In this document: positions 35,801 to 49,375 of the stretch, piece after piece
How positions within the stretch are numbered: the first letter of the stretch is position 1
Layout of the letters: each line of letters begins with the position of its first letter
Source: Intoshia linei
Taxonomy: Eukaryota > Animalia > Orthonectida
Reading direction: 5' to 3'
Length of the DNA: 54,366 nucleotides
Assembly (NCBI GenBank): GCA_001642005.1
Contig: LWCA01000116.1
Span: 1 to 54,366 of the forward strand
The notes under the pieces: model-generated
Database searches by the model: none
The model's input: the letters and a program-made list of their open reading frames with translations, nothing else
Told to the model about the DNA's origin: nothing
Position numbers and translations under genes: made by a program

Positions 35801-36868
35801 ACTTTAATTAATTTATGACATTACAACAACGTAATATAAAATATAAAATTAAATTTATACTAACTGAAACGTTATTTTTTTTATTGATAATTGTTACAAA
35901 TTTAACATAAAATGGTAAAAAGAAAAACTACATTCAGTAGCTAACAGTCCAAAATAATGAAGATGAGACGTCTCAATGAGTATCAAAAAGAACATGATAT
36001 TCGAAATAGATAAGAAAAATTGTTTTTTTAATTTTTTTTAATTAATCATCATACTGTATTCATTCTGATTTACATTTAGGAAAATTTTTAGTAGACAATC
36101 CAATTTTTTTATAAAACAAAGAAAAAAGGCCAAAAGTATGGACACATTTTTAACACATCAATCATTTTTATATTATAATTCTTTGCAATAATGATAAATT
36201 TCGACTGAAATATTTATAAAGTGAAGATTTAATTAATTTATACATAATTGGTGTTTTTAAGTATTTATTAAATTGGTACTGAATATATGTTATCACATTG
36301 AAAATGACAAAATAGGTGATTATAATTTTATTTTTTTTGGAATTTATGCTATTTATGACAATTATTAGGATTGGACTGTTTTTACTTTATTTTAATATTA
36401 TACACACATTTTGTCTAATAAAATTGGACTGTTTTTACTTTATTTTTAATATTATACACACATTCTGTCTAATAAAATTAAAAAGTTTTAACTTTATTTT
36501 TAATATTATACACACATTCTGTCTAATAAATTAAAAAAATGGGATAATAATTGTTTATAAAATTCTTTACGCAAATTTTAACAAAACAAAATTAAGATGG
36601 AAAAAAATGGGATAATTGTTTTTAAAATTCTTTACGCAAATGTTAACAAAAAAAATTAAGATGGAAATAATTCTTTAAAGTAAAAAGTAATGTGATATGA
36701 CGGTTCCACCTGAAACAAAATTTGGGACGACTCTTTTAAAGAATTGATAGTTAATAGTAAAATTTTTAAGTTAGATTTTCAACGTGAATTTATTTTTTTG
36801 ATATAATAAAAGAGTGCCCTCGGCAGAGCTAGGTGCTGTTTGTACGTAGTATTTAACAGCCAAACTAG
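32880..36868 (+). repeat. Cluster of Helitron-like repeat copies and internal tandem subrepeats, interrupted by n joins
   Basis: Repeated blocks aaatgggataattgtttttaaaattctttacgcaaatgttaac and ttatacacacattctgtctaataaatt; CTAG|T end at 36868. Confidence 0.8.
33790..34334 (+). pseudogene. hAT-related (CGGBP1-like) transposase remnant
   Basis: Fragments YPSEFTKNDDNLFCMKC, ADIPLK, IIMDETDLNGYKYINTMIGTL, with frameshifts. Confidence 0.55.
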
Positions 36869-36896
36869 TAAATAATAAAAAATAATTAAAACTTAC

Positions 36897-37481
36897 AAAT
36901 AAAATTCAAAATTCGCAACAATCAACTTGAATACCCATAGTAAGCTAACTTGAAAAGGCCAATACATTGATCCGTTGCATATAAATGATTTGCAATTGAA
37001 ATATAACTTAGATGCACCGAGTCCTGGAACTATAATAAAAACTGTATTAAATCTAATAAAACCAAAGAAATATCTGCATGAAGAATTCCAATGATTTATC
37101 AGCTATTTATAGGTATATTGACATTAAATATTTTCAGGGATTATCACAATTTGAAGCCTTACTAAATTTATAAGAGACTAGTAAAATGTGTTAAAATACG
37201 ACAAATTTTTAAAATTTGAAAATTTAATTGTGTATGTATTGTTCATCTTACTGGCTTCGATTAGTAGAAAATTACCAAATTTGTATAACTGTATTTCGAA
37301 AATTAAAAAGATTTCATACAATTTAAAAAAAACAACATTATTTGCTCCAGTCACTACCATTATATTTAAAAATGCATGTAGTTTTATTAGATGTACACTA
37401 ACCTATCACAACTGGTGATTGTTTGGTATATGCTATACAAAAAATTGAACAGACCAAAATAGAAAATTTTAACACATTCAT
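36897..37481 (-). CDS. LCAT / lysosomal phospholipase A2 (PLA2G15)-family gene, first two exons only
   Basis: Exons 37481-37403 and 37029-36897: signal peptide MNVLKFSILVCSIFCIAYT then KQSPVVI|VPGLGASKLYFNC, the family PVxxVPGxxxSxL motif. Confidence 0.7.
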
Positions 37482-37864
37482 TAATATTGTGTAGAAAAAT
37501 TTAACTGTATATTAATGTAAATATATCATTTGTACTATAGATTCTGTATCTAAATACGACGTTAAAACTTGTGTAAATACATGTAGATTATACATTGTAG
37601 AATATATTTTTAATTGGTTTCGAAAATTTTCAAAGGCAATTCGTAACATAAAAAATAATTATTCATTTTTCACCGTGAACTACTTTCTGTTTACTCAAAA
37701 AAGGTATATTTGAACACAGGTTAATGAATATTAAATGATCAGAGTAAAGAAGTAATTCCGAAATGGTGCGCCAGAAGCTGAATCTGATTTTTTTTAAATT
37801 TACATTATTTATTTTAACGATCTATAATTTTAAATTTTCATATAAAACCAATTATAAATTACCA

Positions 37865-39669
37865 ACTTGGCTGTTTTGTACTACGTACAAACAGTAACTA
37901 GCTCTGCCGAGGGCGGACTTATCTAATTCTACCAAAAAATAAATTCAATAATAAAATCTTTGTTAAAAATATTACTCATTATTAACAATCATTTATAGAA
38001 TTCATTCCTAAACTTGAATTTCACATTATCTTATAATTTAAAATGAATAATTCCCACTTAATCTTATAATGTTAGCATTTTGGTATAGAATTTAGAAAAA
38101 ATAAATTTGTATATTCATTATCTTCTTTCGATGATTAAAAAATATTAATTTTGTATGAATAATTAACGGAAGCAGCCGTTTAAAAACATATTTTGGATAA
38201 ATTTTACCGACATTGCAAAGCATTGTAATCAATGCAAAAATGATAATAACAAAGTTGTACTTTTCGTTGTTGTAGTGTTAAAATAAATTTCGTTAAATTT
38301 TTCGAAAATGAAAAATTGCGAAGGAATGAACTATATAGATTTTCACCCATATTTTTTTATTGGAAATGTGTAGAAGTTCAATGCACATTTTTTTTGAAAT
38401 TGTAGGATCAATATTTATATTTTTAATTTAATCGAAATACAGACTTATGGATAGTTAACATTTGGTTCCGAATTTTTTTAATGTTCACTATAAAAAAATA
38501 ATGAACAATAAAAATAACAGTGAAATTAAACATTATTAATTATGAATCTAAGTTTATTTTCTATATAAGACAAGTTAGTATAGTAACATCCGTTAAGTTC
38601 ACTATGAACAAGTCTGACTGTATTTGAAAAATATTGGTTGATAATACAGTCAAACCTCAATTTAACGAACAGCAACTTACATAAAAATTTCTTGTTCGTT
38701 AAAAAAAGTTAACGAACAAACAAATTTATTTTTAATTAGTTTATTTTTTTATAAAAATCACATATTGTTTTGGGTTTTTTTTTAATATAGTTTATATTAT
38801 ATTATTTATATATATTATATNAAAGATTAATTGGATAGAGCCTATTCCAGTTAATATAAATATAAAATTTTAACCCAAGAAATCTATGCATTCCCGGTGA
38901 AAAAGAATTTTTAATACATTATCAACCAATATTTTTCAAATGTTTCGATCAAAATAAAAATTGAAAATGTAAATATTTATCTTACAATTTCAAAATAAAT
39001 GTGCATTGAACGTTTACACATTCCTAATAAAGAAATATGGGTGAAAATCTATATAATTCATTCCTTCGCAATTTTTGAATTGCAAATTTTATTTTTCAAA
39101 AAATTTTGTTTAAAATTTAAATTAAAACTACAACAACAAATTACTAACAGTAATACAACTTTGTTGTTATCATTTTTATATTTATTACAATTTTTTGCAA
39201 TATTAGTTAAATTCAAATTCATAAATAAAGTTAAGTTTTTATAATTTTATTTTTTCTGAAATTTATGCTATATATGACAATTTTTAGGGTTGGACTGTTT
39301 TTACATTATTTTTAATATTATACGCACATTGTGTGTAATAAATTAAAAAAATGGGATAATAATTGTTTTTAAAATTCTTTACGCAAATGTTAACAAAACA
39401 AAATTAAGATGGAAAAAAATGGGATAATTGTTTTTAAAATTCTTTACGCAAATGTTAACAAAAAAAATTAAGATGGAAATAACACTTTAAAGTAAAAAGT
39501 AATGTGATATAATGGTTCCACCTGAAACAAGTTTGAGAACCACTCATTTAAAGGATTGATAATAGTAAATAGTAGGATTTTTAAGTTAGATTTTCAACAT
39601 GAATTTATTTTTGTGGTATAATAAAAATGTGCCCTCGGCAGAGGTAGGTGCTGTTTGTACGTTGTACAT
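37865..39669. repeat. Helitron-like copies (minus then plus) including a duplicate of the MITE + Tigger-end composite
   Basis: About 38330-38790 matches 30610-31050; the plus copy 38840-39669 is cut by TAGGGTG at 39670. Confidence 0.75.
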
Positions 39670-41170
39670 TAGGGTGTCTCTTTTTTTTTAAAAATTTAAA
39701 ATATTGTTGGACCCTCTATAATAAATGCAAGTATTTTTAGAATTATATAATCATACTGCAAACATTTTTAAAAAATATTAAATAACGAATGTGAGGTCAC
39801 CAAAATGAAAAGTTCAATTATTTATTGAAAATAGAACTTTATTTATATATTAATATTAATTTTTTAGCAATAATTACATAATAAACGATTTATTTATATA
39901 CATTCATGGTGGATACTATTTTTTTAATTTCGCTTTTTGTCTTTGAGAGAATTCTTGCTTTTTATATTTCACTAATGCCCTCTCTGCGTTATCGTTAACG
40001 ACGGGTGCGCATCCTACCTTTGAAATGTTATAGGAAATGTAATTATTATGTTTATTGAATTACTTTAATGATGTTTTACTCAAATTTTTAAGATTTGAAA
40101 ATTTTTTTACTAAGAAATAACCAATTCTTAATCATTAATTGATCCTTTTTTAGCGTCAGCAGCCTGTAACCAAAACAAAATTTATCCATATGCACAAAAA
40201 ATTAAAAATGACATTTTAGTCGATCTATCAGACGTATAGTTACGTATTAAAAATACATCAATTTAGCCATCCAACGAGCTTTAGCTACAGCACCAGGCTT
40301 TAACAATTTTACACTATTTCCTGTTTAAACTGACAGGAATAAAGAGCAACATTCTATATAGTCAGCACGAAAATAATTACTCAAGTTCGAAAGTTTTTTG
40401 ATTGTATTAGTAAAATTAATTCCTGTTTGATGTACTTTTGGTGGATTATATATTATTTTAAGAATTATAAAATCAGGCGCATGAGGACTTCTAAGTGCAT
40501 TTGTATTTTTTAAAATATTATTTTTAATTTTTTTTTAATTTGTTGAATCGTAATAATATTTAAGCAAGTTTTGGTATATATCAAATATTTCTTTAGCTAC
40601 CTGTCTCAAAGGAAAGAATATTATATATTTTGTTAATCTTATAATTTGGCGTAAAACCTCGTTTATTGGTTGTAGTTGGTAATTTGTTTTTATTAAATTG
40701 AAATTCTATGTGAAAACCAATTAAAGTATTACCACTTCTCTTCTGCATATTGAAAATTTAATTTTACTTGTTTATTTCCATTTGGACAGGTAGCAAAGTT
40801 AAATTATTGTAACCAGGTGCAACCTCAAAAGCTCGATGGATGTGTCGCCTGATATATGCTATGTTTTAGAGTCTAAAACCATATATTCTCAATGTAGACA
40901 GATCTGAATTAATGCTATCTTTGTTAAGATTTACCGGTACGGTTACATTAAGTTTTGGATGGATGTGACCAACGCTAAAAATGCACATCGCAATGATGTT
41001 GAAATAGAAAAACGTTATCACAAATTAAACATTGAATCAACATCGATGAAGCTATATTTGATGTTGCGTTTGATAAACATGACAATCACAATTACTAGAT
41101 GGGACTTAATATTACAAATATTGGGGTTGCACCAGTGGTTAATGATGCTGCTGAGCGAGCACTATCTAAA
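39670..41170. mobile_element. Two oppositely oriented remnants of one transposase family (probably hATm-like)
   Basis: Minus strand: PGAVAKARWMAK (~40262-40297) and VVNDNAERAL (~39974-40003). Plus strand: PGATSKARWMCRLIYA (~40813) and PVVNDAAERAL (~41132). TAGGGTG terminus at 39670. Confidence 0.65.
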
Positions 41171-41274
41171 TCAGTGGTTTTCAACCGGGGGCCGCGAAAT
41201 TTATAAATTTGCAAAGTTCAATTTCATCGTCAATTATAATTAATAAAAATGAGTGGCATTTAGTATTACACTAG

Positions 41275-41716
41275 ATTGGTCATTAATACAATATGTAAAA
41301 CAATTGTATTGAGGGAATCAACACGCAAGTACTTAGTTAGCAGACGATTTGCTGTAAATGAATAATACTGAAAGCGAAACAACGTTTTACCAATAACAAC
41401 ATCACTATTTTGCATTCAAACAAAAATTGCAAGCCTATAGCAAATTGTTTCAATGCAATAAATACCAAATGTTATTTGCACAGTATTCAAAGAATTTTAT
41501 TGAGTGTCGTTGTAGAAAAGTCTATCATGGAGCCTATCTGTAATTATTGCTATACTATTATTAGTGTAATGAAAATACTATCTGTGCAATAACAATACGT
41601 TGGAATAATATAAAAACGTGTTGCTATATCCACTATTGTACATAGTAAATCATGAGCCAATGTCAACAACCTTTGAGTAAAATTTAGTTCATTCATTCGT
41701 TGTATACATATCCAAT
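41275..41716 (+). promoter_or_regulatory. Cluster of CCAAT boxes upstream of NF-YA
   Basis: GATTGGTC (41275), GAGCCAATG (41657), ATCCAATCA (41712). Confidence 0.4.
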
Positions 41717-41810
41717 CAAATATTTTCAGTATTTACGAAAATTTTTTATATTTGAAGTAAATTACATATACATTATTAACCGACTGAGAATAATCCACAT
41801 TTAGACATAT

Positions 41811-44664
41811 ATGAACAATGTCAAAAGAAATACACAGGTTAAATTAGAATCTAAAGAAAATATCAATTCTATAAAATCGATAAGAGCAAACACATCGGTA
41901 AATATTTACATTTACATTGATATATTCTTTAGCAAATGATTAATGTGGGACAAAGTCCCCCAGCTATATGTCAACCTCCGTTTATTTCAATGGCCGACAG
42001 TGCCACCAGTCAAATCCAGTTTTTATCAAATCAAAACAATTTACAGGTATTTCTTCTTGATTTAAAATTTTACACAAATCAGCAGTTTATGCCACAGTGT
42101 GGATTGCTACCGTCAATGGGAAATTTCCAGTTTAATCAAACTCTAAATCAAAATAATGGTATCGTTAATCAAACTACGTCTTCCAATGTGTTACAATATC
42201 AAAACCACCAAATACCTTTAAATACTCAATTATCTTCCCAAACAACTGTTATACCCAATAATATCATTTCAAATCACTCCATTGTACCTGCTCATGATTT
42301 TATTCAACTTCCGAATGGTCAAATAGTACCCACCTTTCTGGGTATGATTGGAAATCAGCCATTAATTATGGTTAATTTTTTAATTTTTGCAGTCCTTGAT
42401 TAATGAATGATAGGTAATACCGCAAATACAAAATATAGATGTCAACCGTACAAATCAAAACAATTTTGTGAGGAAAAATGAGAATGAAATGAAATTATTT
42501 TTTTCAAATCGTTTAAATGAATTTGTTACTAATTCTACAAAAATTAAAAAAAAATCTGAAGAACCTTTATATGTAAACGCTAAACAATGTAAGTTAAATT
42601 CTACATTATAAAATTATGATTAGATGACCGTATTTTGAAACGAAGATCAGCTCGGGCCAAGTTAGAGAGAGACGGTAGAATTCCTAAAGAAAGAAAGGTT
42701 TTTTAATTGATCTTTTTAGCTTCAATATTTGTTTTAGTAGAGGGTGTTACCTGTAAATTTACAGTATGACTCATTAATAATTTCGCGATTTGGCTATAAC
42801 ATTTACAATAAGTGATTTGATACTACACTAGAAATAAGCACCCGGAAAATACTAATTATTTTTTAAATATGTACAATAATAATGTACACTGTACGTTTGA
42901 AACCCGGTCTTAACGTATAATAATCAAACTATAATGGCTTATGGTTGTCCACAGCGAAAATAAGGTTGAGAGACATTCGTAGATTTAAACAGCTGTGTAT
43001 AGAAATGAAATATAATCATAGAATTCTCCTATTTTATACCGAGGTCGTTGGTTATGTAAAGGATTTTTGTAATTGTAGAATCGTGAATTATTTTAAAAAA
43101 TTTTGTTTTTGTTAATAAAATAGTTTCGAAATGAAAAAAAATGAATACTAAAGTATTTTTTTGACCGTGAAGGCGTAACTTTGTCGCATTAAAATTCATT
43201 GTGTTTTTATTTATTATTTAACTGGATATAACTGTATCAACTTTATTTTTTATTTTAAATTCTAGGACTATATTTATTTTTTAAAAAAAGGGTAATCTGG
43301 GGTTTTGGCCGTGAAGATATAATATTTTGAAATTAAAATTTATCATAATGTTGATCATTTTAAAATCCTTATCAAATTGTGTATTCTTTATAATTCTGGG
43401 ACTCGTTTGAACTTCAAAAAAAGGATAATTTTAGTTTTTGACCTTGAAGGACTTAATTACTGAAAATGACATTTTCGATGAAATATTACCCTCGGAAAAC
43501 TGTATTAGAAATGAATACTCTTAAAACCCTAAGCCTGTTACTTTCTTAAGTAAATGGTAACAAATAAATAAACAGACATACATTTTAACATGTATATAAA
43601 ACTGGGTGTCTGTGTATCTGTCTGTCTGTTTGTTATGGTTTATTTTAATAACTAAGGGTCTTAGAGTTTTAAAAATTCCACATTTCTAGTACAGTTTTTT
43701 CCGGTGGAAAAATTAAGATAAATTTTAATGTCAGAAACGTGCATCTTACAAGACAAAAACAGTATTTAACTTTTTTTTAAAAATCAAACGAGTCTTATGA
43801 TTTAAAAAATATAGACTCTGATACAGATTTTAAAATCATGAAGATTACCATACATTTAAATTTCAAAACGTTATGCCTTCAGACCCAAAACCACAAGTTT
43901 TCTTTCATTAAAAAATGGAAATAGTCCCAGAATTTAAAATTTTTTTGATTACTATACCAAACGGGGTGTCAAACTGCTCACCCGCTCATACTGTGACATT
44001 CGTTAATATTAATATTGTCAATAACCAACGTAGCTAGCCAACTTTCGCTGTAGATAACAAGACATAAAACTAGTTTCAAATATTTTTGATTGTAAGGGTA
44101 ACAGATTAAGTCTTAATAAAAATAATTTAATAATTAATAAAAAATAAATTAAAAAATTAATTTTTATCTTAATAATTTGTCTTAATCATTAAGACAAATA
44201 AAATAATAATGAAATGCATGGTAAGTTTAATTGTTGTATTTTAAACATCATGTAAAAACGAAGATGATAATAAAGTGTAATTGTACCTTAAATAAATGAT
44301 ATAAATGTAAAATAATAAATTTAATAATTCTCAAATATCGTTCGCTTTTTTTCAATTGCTCACTTGGTAAATTTTTGCTATAAATCATAAGGATATTTTT
44401 CATAACGACTCTTGAAACAGTTTATTATATTAATATATATTAATTTTGATTTATTTTTAAATTTAGAGATATTTACACGAAAGTAGGCACCGACACGCTA
44501 TGAATCGATGCCGAGGGAATGGTGGACGATTTCACACAAAAAAAGTAAAAATTGAAAATCCTGAAAATTTAGATTATACACCTATCCCAAATACCAACCC
44601 TATTATGGTAAATTCATCTCAGACCTCATACATAAATGTAAATGAAAATAAAGTTAAATTGTAA
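41811..44664 (+). CDS. NFYA: Nuclear transcription factor Y subunit alpha
   Basis: Q/N-rich N-terminus, then EEPLYVNAKQY|DRILKRRSARAKLERDGRIPKERK|RYLHESRHRHAMNRCRGNGGRF; last exon 44467-44664. Confidence 0.96.
43090..43945. repeat. Head-to-head pair of Helitron-like 5' fragments in NF-YA intron
   Basis: Minus copy ~43090-43585 and plus copy ~43590-43945 with a (TCTG)n microsatellite. Confidence 0.6.
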
Positions 44665-44880
44665 ATAATAAATCATTATTTGTATTAATAATTTATAATA
44701 AAATTTTACATGCTTATGTTTACATTACAGTGTTAATTCTTATCGACTGTAGATAATGTATATTTTTTAATAAAAAATAAAATGGGTGTTATATTTGAGT
44801 ATTGTGAATTAAACACGACGTATTACTTTGTAGTTAATGAACTTTTTGAATCTAGAATCTAGATTAATATAAAACGTAAC

Positions 44881-47800
44881 ATGACGCCCAACATGTATTT
44901 ATACCTATCGATTTTGTACAAAATTTGCATTTTAGTTTTTTCATTTTTAACATTGATTTATATTTACGACAGACATGCAATTTTTCCTTACATATTTGTG
45001 TTATACAAGTATATACATTAATTAAATATTTAATAAAAACAGATTATTAACTTTGCATTTACAATACAAGAACACTTTTCAAATTGATATGCTCTTCACA
45101 AGGACACACAATGGGAAGGTAATTAAAATTGACATCTATTAAATCTTTGCCGATAAGAAGTGAATTCACTGAACATGGACTACAGAACATATTTAATTAA
45201 TTTGATGAATTCTTTTAGTTGAATACGAGAGCACGTGTGCAACTAATAAACTAGCTTTGTAATCTTGCAACCAACTAATATTTTAAAGCTATAATATATT
45301 TTTAGATGCAAATCTGGCGGTGTCTCCCATATACCGAATTGTGCAACAGAAACCCAGCGTGTTTGACACTCAAGGAAATAGACACTTCTTGCCGTATTAA
45401 CATTTGATAGAAATATATAATTTTTAGGTTTGTTTAGTTGCAATTTTGGTTTAGTCAACGTGTATCATACGTGTGACGACGGTAGGTGTATTTTGCGTGA
45501 AATGATTTGTAATGAAATTATTGACTGTGTATATGACGAACTTGAGATGTCAGATGAATCACCAAAACTTTGCAGTAATAATGATTATTTATGTATCTTA
45601 ATTATTAGAAAATTTTGTGTGTCCTTTTGAAAGAATGAAAAAGTGTGGCACGGAAGGTTGTTATTATGGTAAATTAAATATATGTTATTTATTCAATATA
45701 TCGTAGTTAAACATGAATGTGATGGAATAAAACATTGCTTCGATGGCACCGATGAACAAGAAAATTTATGCAGAGGTATAAAATGTCCTAGTGAAAATTA
45801 TTTTCAATGTGCATATGGAGCTTGTATTTTAAAAGAGCACATATGTGATGCATACAATGATTGCAGTGATGGATCCGACGAAGATGAAAAGTTGTGCTGT
45901 TTATATTTAATTATATTAATTATTTATTTATTGTTATAGCAAATTTTATCTGTCAAACAAAGTATTCTTTCTATAACGGTAGATCCTCCTACCTAGTCGA
46001 ACATTTGCAATATATATCCCAGAATAATACCTGTATACCAATGTTTCATGTTTGTGACGGAACATTTCACTGTAGAGATAATTCTGATAAAATCAAAACA
46101 GCATGCAGTACTTTTAATTTTATTTGATAAACAACATTTTTGAAATTAGTATATTGCAGAAATTTCTAATATTCCTAAAAATATAAAAATTATAAATTTT
46201 ATATTTACATTTAATTTTACATTTAATTATTAGCTGAATACCAGAAATCCGGCCTGCCGGCAAGACCATGTGCTAGATGGCAATACCATAAATGTTCATC
46301 AGGTGCTTGTGTTTTATTGTCTCGTATTTGTAATGGAATAAAAGACTGTAATGATAATAGAGATGAACAACGGGCTTGTAGTAGGCACATTCCAGGTAAA
46401 TATTATTAAAATCATCAAAAAAATTAATAGAAAATAAATAAATAATTAATAGTATGAAAATATTATTTATTAATAATTGAACACGTAAACTAAATTAAAT
46501 TTAAGTCCTATTTAACTAAATTTCAACATTATGACGAACCAAAAATTCCGTTAACAAAAATTCATTATATCAAGAGCTATAAAAATATAAAAAGATTCCA
46601 ACACATGGGTTCTTAACCTGGAGTGCCAGCATACCAGGGGTGCCAAATCGGTTTTTGGGAGTGCCAGAAAATTTTTGAATAAAAATAATTTACAGTTATA
46701 CAGTCGATTCTCTTTAATTTAAAATACATAATATTAAAATATATTAAAATAAGCGTGTTACATATTTTCATACAAATTTGAACTGTTTGATTTTCTTATT
46801 TTAAAATTAATTTATACTAATAAACAATTTCCAACTTTTTTTTGTGCACCCAGACAAAATTATTATTATATGAAAGATAATTTTGAGATTTTAAGAATGA
46901 GATATATCATTACACAAATCTAAAGGCAGTTTTTGAATAAATCGACAAAACGTAAATGATTAATTTTTTAAAAAATATATCAAAAACCTAAAACTTTGAT
47001 TCTATGTTTCAGCACTTTATAATGACTATTTTTTGATGCAAATACAAATACTAAATTAACTATTCTATCGGACTAATTCATCAAAAGGTACATATTTTAT
47101 ATTAAATCTTTAAAAAAATCTTAAAACATTATTTAAAACTTGAATATTATATTTTATTATATATATTAAATAGTGAATAAAACTTAATATGGCAAGCATC
47201 GAATCACATTTAAAATAAACTATAATTCTAACTTACATATAACACTATACATATACATATATATATATATAATATTACATATACACGTATATATAAATAT
47301 AAATATTATACTAATGTATAATATGCTACGCGATTTTTGTGTGTGTGTTCCAGTTTATTGAAATAACTACCAGTCTTATGATTTTATAAAGACCACATTT
47401 CAATTACAGTTTTTTCCGGGACGTATAATAAGATAAATTTCAACCTCGCCATTTTACATCTTACGGGCGAAAAACCCCTGTGTTCCTCTTTTTGAACATC
47501 AAACGAGTTGGAGAATTTAAAAAAATATATTCACTGATACAGATTTTTAAATCATAAATATTATTATAAATTTAAATATAAAAAAATTATATCTTCACGG
47601 CCAAAACCACAAATTACCCTTCTTTTTTTAATGAAAACAGCCCTAGAATTTTGAAAAATACGTACAGTTGTATCATGTTAACACACACAGAAAATGTCAA
47701 TCCGAATAAGTGACGACTTCACGATCAAAAAAGCATTTTAGTATTCATATTTTTTTTTCTGAAATATTTTATTAAAACAAAAAATGTGAATAATTTATTT

Positions 47801-49160
47801 CCGAAAATTAAAAAAAAAAAATTATTCTGATAGAGCTTATTCCAGTTGATATAAATACAAAAGTTCAACCCGAGAAATCTACGCATTCCCAATAAAAAAT
47901 AATTTTTCAATATATTATTAACCAATATTTTTCAAATATTTCGATTAAAATAAAAATTGAAAAATGCAAATTGATCCTACCATTTCATAAAAAAAATGTG
48001 CAATGAATGTCTACACATTTCCAATAAAGAAATATGGGTGAAAATCTATATAATTTTTAAATTCTTATTTTCAAAACATTTTGAATACAATTTAAATGGA
48101 AACTAAACAACGAAATTTCGATAAAATTCGACTGAAATGTTTATAAAGTGAAGATTCGGTTAATTATTGATACATAATTAATATTTTTAAGTATTTATTA
48201 AATTGGTACTGAATATATATCATCACATTGAAAATGACAAAATAGATTTTTATAATTTTATTTTTTCTGGAATTTATGCTATTTTGACAAAATTTTTAAT
48301 GAGTGTTTTTACTTTATTGTTAAGATTATACAACTCATTCTGTCTAATAAATTATTTCTTTAATTTTATTTTTTCTGGAATTTATGCTATTTATGACAAT
48401 TTTTAGGATTGGACGTTTTTACTTTACTTTTAATATTATATACATATTCTGTCTAATAAATTAAAAAATGGGATAACAATTGTTTTTAAAATTCTTTAGG
48501 CAAATGTTAACAAACAAAAAATTAAGATGAAATAATTCAGTTTAAAGTAAAAAGTAATGTGATATGATCGTTCCACTTGAAACAAATTTGGGAACCACTC
48601 CTTAAAGGATTGATAATAGTTAATAGTAGGATGTTTAAGTTAGATTTTCTACGTGAATTAATTTTTTTGGTATAATAAAAATGTGCCCTCGGCAGAACTA
48701 GGTGCTGTTTGTACGTAGTACATTACAGTCAACCTAGTTAAATCTATATAATCTTTTCATAAAATTGTTGGCAAAAAACTAAAAAAATAAGGATTTGACC
48801 ATCTGTACATATAATGGTGATATTAACTTAACTAACTACATACATTATTAATGTAGTTAACATAACATGTATTAAACTAACTATATTAATCTATACTTAA
48901 TAATTTTACATTTATATGTAGATTTGGAAGTAAGTCAATTTCCATATGGAATGGTTCAAAATGAATTATTATATAATAAATTAGTATATTCTGTCGCTGG
49001 CGCAGTAGGATTATTTTTGTTTTTACCAATTATATATGTTATTTTAACAATGTTAAGAAGATTTATATACAACAAATCTTTAAGATTGTTATTTCGCATC
49101 ATTTACAATAAATATTTAATTAACGAATTTTTAAAATTTTATGCCATTAATTCTTCTTAA
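44881..49160 (+). CDS. LDL-receptor class A repeat (about 6) single-pass membrane protein
   Basis: CDDGRCILREMICNEIIDC, CDGIKHCFDGTDE, CAYGACILKEHICDAYNDCSDGSDE, CDGTFHCRDNSD, CSSGACVLLSRICNGIKDCNDNRDE; TM exon 48922-49160 (LVYSVAGAVGLFLFLPIIYVILTMLRR). 5' exons uncertain; apparent frameshift near 45319. Confidence 0.8.
47305..48737 (+). mobile_element. Near full-length non-autonomous Helitron-like element (~1.4 kb, intronic)
   Basis: Contains all shared blocks; terminal hairpin and CTAG|T at 48734-48738; no TIR or TSD. Confidence 0.8.
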
Positions 49161-49375
49161 AATATAATTAATGTGAATATCAAAATTTAGCTAAAGGGTA
49201 CATATATTAATTTAAAAATGAATTATCATTACTGTATTGATCGATATATAAAATATTCATTGTCTATTGATATTTTTGTTTTAAATTTCAAATGTATACA
49301 AATGTATATTGTACATTTGTATATGTATTTATTTATAAAATATGTTTGAAAAATATTAATTGTCATATTTCAACC

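Noticed and set aside
36316-36534. Hydrophobic repetitive ORF (also 35125, 38999, 47725, 48203)
   Set aside because: Chance ORFs in AT-rich Helitron subrepeats.
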